Assembly: GCA_030141605.1 (NCBI GenBank)
Contig: JAQGDQ010000288.1
Span: 8,621-72,620, forward strand
Direction: 5' to 3'
DNA: 64,000 nucleotides
Origin: Tubiluchus corallicola
Lineage: Eukaryota > Animalia > Priapulida
A program made the translations under genes and the position numbers. Shown piece by piece: positions 20,201 to 32,200 of this stretch (within the stretch, counting starts at the first letter, position 1; each line of letters opens with the position of its first letter). Under the pieces are notes generated by a model, which had not been told where the DNA came from, ran no database searches, and saw only the letters and a list, made by a program, of their open reading frames with translations.

Positions 20201-23200
20201 GTGCTAAAGGAAAGAACAAGTCACTCAGTATGTTGGGTTTATTTTACTGTTATCACTTAAACTGTTTGTGGTGTGCTAAAGAAAAGAACAGATCACTCAG
20301 CATGTTGGGTTTATTTTAATCATATCACTTAAACTTAGAAAAATATAACAAAGAAATTTGCATAGAACTGTCTATAAAACATAGATTTAAAATATACTAG
20401 CTCTGAATATAAACTTTCAGGCATGGTGGTTGCCACCATTCACTTGAAAATCATGACGTAACTGGAAGACTTCGTGACTTTTCGTAACCGCGTCGTGGCT
20501 TAAACTAATTCAGACTTCTGCAGCTTACATAACGTTCACGCAAAAACATTACAAAATTAGCTATCTATTCTTCTGTAAAAAAAGTATACTTCTTAATCAG
20601 ATTGACTGAGCGCTGCTTTTCTTCAGAACGAATGTCGTCATTGGTGGAAGAATGAGCATTGAAAATTGGAGCGACCAAGCTTGAAGTGATCATGACTTTT
20701 AAGTGATCTTACTAATCACACCAGGCGCTTATTGAAGATTTATTACTAAATCCTTCTAACATTTTTCGCAAACATAGAAATAAGCCTAACCTTTTAGAAG
20801 TGTTGACCTTTCCTTTAACATAACCAGGGAATCTAAATCTGCATTTTCATTCTGTTGCTCACAGTTATGTTCTGTTTGATGTGTTGTTTACCTTGTATGC
20901 TTGTATTGTTTTTGCTTTAAAGAACTTTCTGTTCTTTATAATTTCCAGTTCTGTTATGCAATTCCGAGGGCCGTTTTTCGTATATTATCCAATTTCCATT
21001 ACGTTTGCAAAGCTTGGCATACATCCGTGAATCTGAAAATTTCTTAAAAACCAGTTATATTGTCATCGAAATATTAATGAACTTTCTTAGGAAATGGTTT
21101 GTTAACGAGCTTAGATGTGTAGCTCTAGTTGATTGACTAACTTTCTCATAATGATTATATTCACTTTGGGCAAAGCTGAACAGTAACTAAGGTGCATGTT
21201 GTGATTTTGATTGTCATTGCAGTAGCAGTGTTGGCAAACATTCATTCAGTTGCTTTAAAGCAGAAGCCAAGTCTATCGGGAAGCTGAGCTTATTTTAATA
21301 CCAGGGAAAAATGTTAGAAAGTTTCAGCAGTAAAATTGTGATAAGCATCTTGTGTAATTAGTAAAATCAATTCAAAGTCGTGATTACTTTATGCTTGGGC
21401 GCGCTCATTTTAGACGAAAAATGGCGTCATCTGGTTTCTGTGCAATATAGACCTATGGTCATATGTATCATCACCTTATCACACCTTATCATCCCGCCAG
21501 GTGCTTGAGAATCTTTTTTAGCTTATAGTGTGAACTCTATAAACTAAGTAACCAACCTGGCACATACTACGCTGGCAAGCTTATATGCGTATCTAAAAGT
21601 TAACACAAATCTGTATATTAATTATTTATGCAATTAATGTTAATTACTTACACATTTCAAGGTGTAATCCTGTAGATTAAAGCAATGTAACCACTTCAAA
21701 TTTGATCATAATTGATCAAATGACTAATTTCTACATAACAACTTAAATACAACGCTAGAATAACTGAACTTCTGAGTGAACTGTAGAAATTTTGCAACGC
21801 GTACCTTCATCACAGCTTGTCTTCACAGCATTCACGCTGCCCAGCAGACACCAGCTTACATCATTTTTTTGAAATGTGTTAATTTGGCGGGAAATAAGAA
21901 ATATTTAAATTTCTTTTACATTTTTAAGCAAAGCAATCTATGCGCATATTTTGTATTGTGATTTCAATATTTTTAATCGTACATTAAAATGCAATAAATG
22001 TTGTTCGAGGGTTGGTTGTTCCTTTAGCTTGTTAATGCATTGGTTATGGAGCATTTATAGGTTTTACACGTCAAATGTAGACATAAGAATTTCGAATGTG
22101 TTTTGGTAACTCAAATGTGACTTAGGTAAGTCAAAAGTAGATGCATTACTTTGAATAAATCGGTAATTAACTCATTTAAGTGCAAATTACAAAAAGATAA
22201 ACCAAAGATAGTCATCACCTCTTTCATAACTTTGAAAAATGCGTTGTTTATCCTCAAACTAAATTCTTTGATAAACCATAACGTCGGTAGAAAAGAATAA
22301 ATCGGTTCCCACTTCCCAATGAACAGTGAATCACTAATTAGTTTTTTAAGTAATGCATTAGCACTGCATTAATGAATTAGTTTCTCTCAAGAAACATTGT
22401 TTATTTTAAGAATGTATTGTTTTCTCTAACAGTTCCAATGGTATGTAAAGTTTACAGAATATTAGTGAACTATTAGTAGACCTATAAAGTTGTTATTTTC
22501 ACAGCAATTATTAAATTGAGATTAAAGGAAATTAAATTTAACATCCTTAAACTTTACCACCTATCCACATTTGAGATACCAATGTCACATTTGGCTTGAC
22601 ATGTGTCTACATTTGACTTACCAAAAACGCTTAAGATTTCTTGAAAACCATTGTTAACACATTTGAACTACCAAAGTCTATATTTCAGTTACCAAGACAC
22701 ATTTGAGTTACCTAAATCTACATTTGAGTTACCAAGACACATTTGAACTACCTAAGTCTACATTTGAGTTACCAAGACACATTTGAGCTACCTAAGTCTA
22801 CATTTGAGTTACCAAGACACATTTGAATTACCCAAATCTACATTTGACTTAACGAAGGTCTACATTTGACATGTAAAACCTATAATATGATTTTATGATG
22901 TTTGATTCTAAATTTTCTGATGAAATTGTAAAAATCTCTGGAGTCATTAAACGGAGAGCTAAGATCATTAAACCGTTAAACCCTAGTGCTTAATAAATAC
23001 TTCTCGGCATAAATTGTCTAACCAAATGACTAAAATTTTTTTTCAGCTAATAGTATCTGTCACGTTCAATCAAGCTGTCAAGCTGTTTTCTATAAAAATC
23101 GAAGCACCGTCAGAAAACGGTCCAAAAACCGTAAAAGTTTTTTCCAACCAGACACGATCGCTTGATTTCGACAGCGCTGATTCCATGGAACCTATACAAA

Positions 23201-26200
23201 TATTAAGGTATGTCACTATTGTGTTGCTCTGGCGGTGCCATCTAGGTATAATTACAGGAATGACAAGTCACTCAGCATGTTGGGTTTATTTTACTGTTAT
23301 CATTTAAATTTAGAAAAACATAACAAAGAGTTTCGCAAAAAATGTATATAACTCATAAAGCTACTTTATATTGTGTAGAAATTTTTAGACAGTGGAGCCG
23401 GTATTCACTTATAAATTATGACGTAACAGATGGACCTCTTTACTTTTTGTAAGCGCATGGTGGCTTTCCGTAGGCATGCGCTGTTTAAACTAAATCATAC
23501 TTCTTCAGCCATGGATAGATAGCCCATTTAGCGGTGGGTGTCATAGGCGTATTTAGAATTCGCCAGAAGGCCACTGGGTCCCGTAACGGGCGTTTTCCCA
23601 GATCCAACTCGCGATTTTTTCGAAATTTTGACTAAACAGCATGCGGAAAAAACGTTCTAGCGGCGCCTGGTGGGACTCTCGGAGGGAGATATACAGCTAT
23701 TTAGAAAGAGGAAGAACAGGGCTACACGATGATGCGGGCTATATGTTAGGACAGGTCCGCTGAGAGGAGTACCGACGAGTTAATTAGATGTTCCATTTTT
23801 GGCAATTTTCTCTTGGAAAACTGCTGACGCAAAGCCATTGTTGTGACGTCATCCATTATACTCTGCCTATAACTTTAATTCAGTAAAAGCTGCTACTGGC
23901 TTTGCGTTATAAGTGAGGACTGTGTAGGATGTTCGTGTATTATTGATTATAAGTGTATTTATATGCAAAATTTTTTGGGGCCTTTGCTAGTTAGTTATCT
24001 AAGGTTTTATAAAAGCTTATACTATTGACAGAAATTGACGTTGCGCTGCTTTTCTGTGGTCAACGAACGATGTCATTGGTGGAAAAATGGACTTTCAAAA
24101 TGGGAGCGCCCAAGCGGGAAATGACCACCACTTTGAAGTGATTTTACCAATTACATGAGGCACTTATCACATTTTTCTTACTAAATCCTTTTAACACTTT
24201 TTGCGAACATTGAAGTAAGCATGACTTCGGGAGGAGGCTAGGCCTTTCCATTAATGTCTTGACGAAATTAGTGCGGTACGCTGATCACATCTGTCAAACA
24301 GTTAATGTGGGCCGGTCTATTTTGAATGGTGGCTTATTTTCTTTTGTATTTTAGTTCAGCTGCCGTACATTAGTGCCGTACGTCTGTGAAAGAAAGCTTC
24401 TTGGGCTTGCTTATGCACAGTTATAAAATTTTAACTGTGGCTGATATTTTTTATACTAAAACGTTCATTTTTGCGTTGTTTTGTTACTAGGTAGCTTACA
24501 TATTTGTGTGCTTGCAAACCAAAATCGTGTGCATAAATCGGCATGGTTAAAACTACGTTAAGGTGCTTCAAAGTAGAATGCACCAAAAAAACTCGTCAAA
24601 TGTCAATTATTTGATTTTTATAAAAACAAATACCAAATATATCGAATTTTAATATTTTGGCACCAAACTGTTAAGGAAATGTTCAAAAAATACTAAAAAT
24701 CTAATTTTATAGCCCTGTATCCACTTTTCTGTCTAGTAGCTAGTACCGCAATTGAGAAAAGCTCGTATTTTTAAACTCCGTTAGTAGCTCATTAAAGCAA
24801 TGATTTTGCTTCGGGTTTTAACTGTTGCCAAGCCCTGATCTTCGTCAGAAAGAGCCATCTACTGGATTTAAACATAACTTTAATGTGTGCTTCCAATGTC
24901 CGTAGCAACCTACATTTGTACGGTTGCTAAGTGTTTTGTAGAAACGCGATAAAAAACAATGGCCGACTTTAACAGAGGTGCTCTCAAGATTATGTTTTTC
25001 AGTGCTCAGCCTGCACCTCAACTTCAACGTGGATTATCTCAGCTTAGAAATAACACAGAGCGATGAACTTGGTATTAAAATGATCCTCATGAATGGAGAT
25101 TCAGGATATGTGAATAACTAGAAAAGCTTAACTGCCATCTTATGGACGATTTTGCTATGCATGCACACATATTTTGTACTGTGACTTATCAAAAATCTTT
25201 TTGCAGTGTAAAGTCAATGGAAGTATTGTTTTCATGTAGTGCCGGTACTAACACAGTTTGGTTTTAATATGAGTATACTTTATTGTTTACATAAATAGGT
25301 GTGTTTACTATTATTATTATTTTGCAGCTTCTCAGAAGAGGATGTTACTCAAGGCAACCCCATAAACCTTAGATTCGTCAAGTTTCAAAATGTTTTGAAT
25401 ATAACGGTGAGTCTTAAAATTACAAATCTGCATGCATTATTGGAGGTAGTCAGTTGAGTTTATTTTAACTGAAATACCCAGAATGTAATCTCACACGCAA
25501 TGCTCCTAATTGAAGTATTATCAGGTTTTAACTGAAATGTTCATCACTTAATATTTGGTCTTTATGCTGTGGATTTAAATCAGGTATATTTAGACTTTGT
25601 ATGGATTTCAATTGAAAGATTGTGTGGTAACCCTACACCTACAGCTAAGATTGTTTTGCTGACCATTATGGGTGATAGTAAAAACTGGGCATATATTGTC
25701 TCTGCACCCTGCTGATCCTTCTCCTTTTCTTCACTTGTCCAAAAAGTGATTTCAAAAGTGTAAACGGTGATTTCAAAAGTGCAAAAGTGGTTTCAAAAGT
25801 GCAGAAGGGTGATTTCAAAAGTGCAAAAAGTAATGTCAAAAGTGCAGTGGTGATTTCAGTTGTGCAAAAAGTGATTTCAAAAGTGCAGGTCAAGGTGCAG
25901 AAGGTGATTTCAAAAGTGCAAAAAGTGATTTCAAAAGTGCTGAAGGTGATTTCAAAAGTGCAAAAAGTGATTTCAAAAGTGCAAAAGGTGAAATCAGACA
26001 TTCACCACCGTAAACACTTTGAATGAAAAACCAAAAATCGTGGTGCGTGTTTTATTTACAGTAATCATCTGATTTCACCATTTTCATTTTTGAAATAATT
26101 TTTTGCAATTTTCAAGCTTCTTTTTGCACAGTTGAAGTTTGCATACAGTAAGTCCTCGCTTTATGGCGCCAATGCACTCCAACAAAATGCGACGTTAAGC

Positions 26201-29200
26201 GAAATGTTTTTAAATGAAACAAAAGCTTCTACGGAAAATAATGTAAAAGAATTGAGGTACGTTCCAGAGGCAAAAACTAATGCTGCTTAAATCATATAAA
26301 TTAAGTTTCTCCATGGATTCCGCTAATTAATTTTTTCTACTTGCTTGAAACCACCTATCTTTCTTACCAATGCGTACCTAGTTAGCAGTTTCTCTTTCAT
26401 TAAGGTTTAAGCCTAGGCAGCCATTAAACAATAAACACTAGAGACTCAAAGCCAAGTGCTGCATGAACAGACCTTGGGAATATTATCATACCAGAGCACT
26501 GTATTATTTACTACCTAGTCTGGTTGCTATAGGAACAGGCTGCAGGTAGAATTCCTTCTCACAAAGTTTGTTCACACTGTATCATTTACTACCTAGTCTG
26601 GTTGCTATAGGAACAGGTTGCTGGTAGAATTCCTTCTCACAAAGTTCGTTCACACTGTATCATTTACTACCTAGTCTGGTTGCTATAGGAACAGGTTGCA
26701 GGTAGAATTCCTTCTTACAAAGTTTGTTCACACTGTATCATTTACTACCTAGTCTGGTTGCTATAGGAACAGGCTGCAGGTAGAATTCCTTCTCACAAAG
26801 TTTGTTCACACTGTATCATTTACTACCTAGTCTGGTTGCTATAGGAACAGGCTGCAGGTAGAATTCCTTCTTACAAAGTTTGTTCACACTGTATCATTTA
26901 CTACCTAGCCTGGTTGCTATAGGAACAGGTTGCATGTGGAATTCCTTCTCACAAAGTTTGTTCACACTGTATCATTTACTAGGTAGTCTGGTTGCTATAG
27001 GAACAGGTTGCTGGTAGAATTCCTTCTCACAAAGTTTGTTCACACTGTATCATTTACTACCTAGTCTGGTTGCTATAGGAACAGGTTGCAGGTAGAATTC
27101 CTTCTCACAAAGTTTGTTCACACTGTATCATTTACTACCTAGTCTAGTTGCTATAGGAACAGGTTGCAGGTTGAATTTCTTCTTACAAAGTTTGTTCACA
27201 CTGTATTATTTACTACGCAGTCTGGTTGCTATAGGAACAGGCTGCAGGTAGAATTCCTTCTTACAAAGTTTGTTCACACTGTATTATTTACTACCTAGTC
27301 TGGTTGCTATAGGAACAGGCTGCAGGTAGAATTCCTTCTTACAAAGTTTGTTCACACTGTATTATTTACTACCTAGTCTGGTTGCTATAGGAACAGGTTG
27401 CAGGTAGAATTCCTTCTCACAAAGTTTGTTCACACTGTATTATTTACTACCTAGTCTGGTTGCTATAGGAACAGGTTGCAGGTAGAATTCCTTCTCACAA
27501 AGTTTGTTCACACTGTATCATTTACTACCTAGTCTGGTTGCTATAGGAACAGGTTGCAGGTCGAATTCCTTCTCACAAAGTTTGTTCACACTGTATTATT
27601 TACTACCTAGTCTGGTTGTTATAGGAACAGGCTGCAGGTAGAATTCCTTCTTACAAAGTTTGTTTACACTGTATCATTTACTACCTAGTCTGGTTGCTAT
27701 GGGAACAGGTTGCAGGTCGAATTCCTTCTTACAAAGTTTGTTCACACTGTATCATTTACTACCTAGTCTGGTTGCTATAGGAACAGGTTGCAGGTAGAAT
27801 TCCTTCTCACAAAGTTTGTTTACACTGTATCATTTACTACCTAGTCTGGTTGCTATAGGAACAGGCTGTAGGTAGAATTCCTTCTCACAAAGTTTCTTCA
27901 CACTGTATCATTTACTACCTAGTCTGGTTGCTATAGGATCAGGCTGCAGGTAGAATTCCTTCTTACAAAGTTTGTTCACACTGTATCATTTACTACCTAG
28001 TCTGGTTGCTATAGGAACAGGTTGCTGGTAGAATTCCTTCTCACAAAGTTTGTTCACAGGTCTAGCTTGACAGAAATGGCAGCTAGTATAATAGTCAGTC
28101 GGGAAGCAAAAACATGTATAATAATTGCACTGCTTACATTACTAATGCACTTTTAAAACAGAATAACTCAGTATGTGCCGTTTTAGTGCTTCAAATTAGG
28201 TAAAAAAGTTGTTGATAAAATAAAAATTGGTTTTCAGCAAGGTAAAAAAACTGTCGTTAAAATGAAGCGGTGCATTGTTTAGTGAAAAAGGTGTCAAATT
28301 TTCAGCGTCGTTAAAACGAGGATTTACTGTATTTGAACTGGAGAAACTTGTGGAGTTGTATTTCGGTTGACAGTAGGCTTACAGAAAGCATGCTTATGTA
28401 ATACTTATGATATATACATGATAATATATGTGCATGACATAGTACATGATAATGTTATACACGTCAAAAAAGTGTCTGCAAGAGACTTATGGGCAATGAT
28501 GTGTGTTGTGCAGCATAGACTACTGACTTCTGTCCTTCCCTTCATTTCTACTTGTGTTACCATAATTAGGTTAATTTATTTAGGTTAATTAGGTTAATTT
28601 TTCAACAAATGAAGTGGATCATTATAGCTGTGCACATGGACAATTATAATTTCACAAGCATTGCTGGAGTTATTAATGTTATTCTGTTACTGTACAATCT
28701 CATGTGCAGGGATTAGAATTTTCTGCGGATACGCAGAATTCCGAGTTTCTGGAAGACCAGTAGTGCCATTTTTGTAAATCCCGTAAATTCGTTGAGAAAA
28801 CTTTTACGGACCCAGTACATTATTTCACAAGCTGACCGCTAGTTGGCAGGCCGTCACTTTGTTTACATCACGTACATCAGTGTAACCACGTGTGTATCTC
28901 TATGTATAAAAGTATAGAATCAATTGTGTGGAGTTATTTGAGTCAATTGCAGACAGTTTTTATATACTTTTGCATAGCAGCGGCCAGTACTTAGGCATTT
29001 TTGAGATAATTAGGTATCATGTATCCTTGATAGTTGGGTATTTTAAATTATGCACGAAACAAGGTAACTGATATTTTAAGTCCACTTAGAGGCTCTCTAT
29101 GGTCACATAATTGCAATTTGTTGCTGGCTCCATTGGACTTCGCCACCTTTAACCCCCATGGGGGCTTTGCCTCTCAACCCCATTGGGGACCTAGATGGCT

Positions 29201-32200
29201 CTCAAACCTCCGGCCTGTTTCAGAGTTTTTTGCAATTTGTCATTCTCATCCCTGCATGTGTTCAATGCACATTGTAAAGTGTATTATGTGCTGTACGAAT
29301 GTAATTTATTATGATAAAAAAACATTTTCTAACGCAGCTAGTCTTTGTGTTTGCTGGCAAGACTATACAATTCTGTTTAAACAACATATATGCAAGAGTG
29401 AGAGTATCCATTAGCGAAATGAACAGCCTTGTGTCACCATTAATTGTTTATCTCATGGATTCTACTAAGTGAAAGAGCTTCTTGACGTTTTTCTGTAGTA
29501 GCATTGTGCTAGCAATATTTCTTCGCAAATTAAAATTCATAGCTTAGTGAGATTGAAAGTTGCTTCTAGAACGTGACCGTGAACAGCGGTTCTCAGAAGT
29601 TAAGCAACATAGAGCCTGGTTAGTACTTGGATGGGTGACCGCCTAGGAATACCAGATACTGTAGGCTTGCGGGATGCCCACACTGTATCTCGACACTAGG
29701 CGGAGGAGCTGCACTAGCAGCCAACGGCTAGAGGGCGGAGGAGGTCAAGTGACTCGATGGCCATGTGTAGAGGAGTAAACCTTCCAAATCAGGAGTGGAG
29801 CCCCGAAGGCGGACCAGTGCAGCATGTTCCCTGACTCCGGCAGCTCCTGCAGCCAACCTGGTGCCAAACGTATCGCTCCGCTTTCCTTTGGACTGCACCA
29901 GGGAGGAAAAGAGGGGGTTCCTGTTGTCTGGGCTACTCAGGATCTCCATACACCTTGCCCAGGCGTGCACCCCGGAGAGACTCTCCTGGCGCACACTCCA
30001 TTGTTTTCCGAGACAGAAGGATGCCAACAATAACAACAAAGACAACAACAACTGTGCAAACACCTAACAAGCTTTCATCTCAAATTATTATTATTAACTG
30101 TACATTTCTCTCATTGTTTCTATATACATTGTTTCTATATACATTGTATTTGCATTTCCAAATGAACAAATAAATTGTAAAAAAAATCGTAAATTGTAAA
30201 TGTAAGAGTAACTTAGCCGCAGAAGTTTGTAAGCTAAAATCTATTTTACTATTTGCAGTCATAAATTTTATGCCAAAAGTGACATACTCATTTCTTGACT
30301 GTTTTTTGTATAACGTATTATATTTATGTATGATAGTAGGATTAACTAGAGAGCAAGGTGTGTTCTTTAAACCCATCATACTGCAAAGCAGGATTCTGTA
30401 TAAGTTTTATTCTGCCTTGAAATCTGTACTTGTGAATTGTCAAAAATTATGCTATGCTATTAAGCTTGGTGTTTTCATTTGCGTAGAAAAATTTATTCTC
30501 AAAATCAATGCGAAAAACATGCCATTTTTCTAATGTCTTCAAGCATTTGAAGCAAATGGTTCTTTTCTTGTGCATTGCGGTACTTTATTATGTTTGCTGA
30601 GAAGTGATAAGCATAAACATATATTCACCATAAACATAAGAAAAGATCATGTCTAGACAAGAAGTAAAGTTTGATATGAGCAACACTGATAATTTTTTGT
30701 ACTAGCAGGTGTCAGACTTACGATAAACATAATTTCTTACAAAAGTTTTCTGGTTTTAGGTGATGTTGTGTTTCTCCAAATGTGTTCATGAGTAGTATGT
30801 GCACATATGTGTTCACGAGTAGTATGTGCACATATGTGTTCATGAGTAGTATGTGCACATATGTGTTCATGAGTAGTATGTGCACAAATGTGCTCATGAG
30901 TAGTATGTGCACAAATGTGTTCACGGGTAGTATGTGCACATACGTGTTCATGAGTAGTATGTGCACATATGTGTTCATGAGTAGTATGTGCACATATGTG
31001 TTCATGAGTAGTATGTGCACATATGTGTTCATGAGTAGTATGTGCACGTATGTGTTCATAAGTAGTATGTGCACATATTATTTTTCTCAGAGTTTGTTTC
31101 TCGTAAAATGTTAATTTTAGAAACTGACGCAAAAAACGATTTCGTCATTATTGCATTTCGTTTGTGATCAGAAGTAATCATTGCGATGATTCCTCGTCAT
31201 ATACGCCAAGTGCTTTGCCCTGAATCTACGCTTATCATGGAGCATTAATCAAAATCTTTCTGCATAAAGTCAATGCACATTTGTAGATACCCTCCTTGAA
31301 TCTTGTTCCTTCTCTTCCGGGCTTTTTAATCTCTATTTTTAGAAAGACTGCTCATTAGCAAGATTTTCCCTTCCTCTTTCTTCTAATTTTTCTTGTTTAT
31401 TCTCTTACTTTAACTTTGTTGAAATGGTTTCGCTATTTTGATTTTGATACTTTTTTCCATTTTATGGCCATTTTGTTTTTCCTTTCAAGAAATTTGCACG
31501 TTATAAATGTTTAAGTGAAATGCATCATTGAAATTCTCAGAAAGAATGTTGCGCATTGACGTTCTGTCATCTATTTCTCCGCGGAATGCAAGACAAATAT
31601 TATCTTGCCGAATAATGAGCGCTACATTAACCACTTGCACAAGCATAATATTATCACTAATTGAATTTGTGTTCTTTCCCGATTTACTTTGAAAGAAAGT
31701 GATTTTATTCAGTATCTTGATGAAATCTAAATGATATTTTAGGGCCCAGTTAATACAAAAACATGTGCAAAGTAAACTAAAGACGTCGTATTTGCTTTGC
31801 AGTAGTTTAAACTGAATTTATTATAGGATTGGATGAGACAGCTTGAACAGCATGATTTAGGATCCTCACCACAACAGACTTTATACACTATTTACAAGAA
31901 CATTTACAGTAAGAATTGACTATACCTACACAAGCTGACAAGTTTTACTACAAGATTACATTAGACATTAGTAACATTTACAGTAAGAATAGACTATAAC
32001 TACACAAGCTGACAAGTTTTACTACAAGATTACATTAGACATTAATAACATTTACAGTAAGAATAGACTATAACTACACAAGCTGACAAGTTTTACTACA
32101 AGATTACATTAGACATTAGTAACATTTACAGTAAGAATAGACTATAACTACACAAGCTGACAAGTTTTACTACAAGATTACATTAGACATTAGTAACATT

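Noticed and set aside
29578-29668. Functional 5S rRNA gene
   Set aside because: The 5' part is eroded with an internal deletion, there is no oligo-T terminator, and it is fused to retroposon sequence
29728-30173. Short GC-rich ORFs on both strands
   Set aside because: They overlap the non-coding SINE-like body and have no recognisable domain
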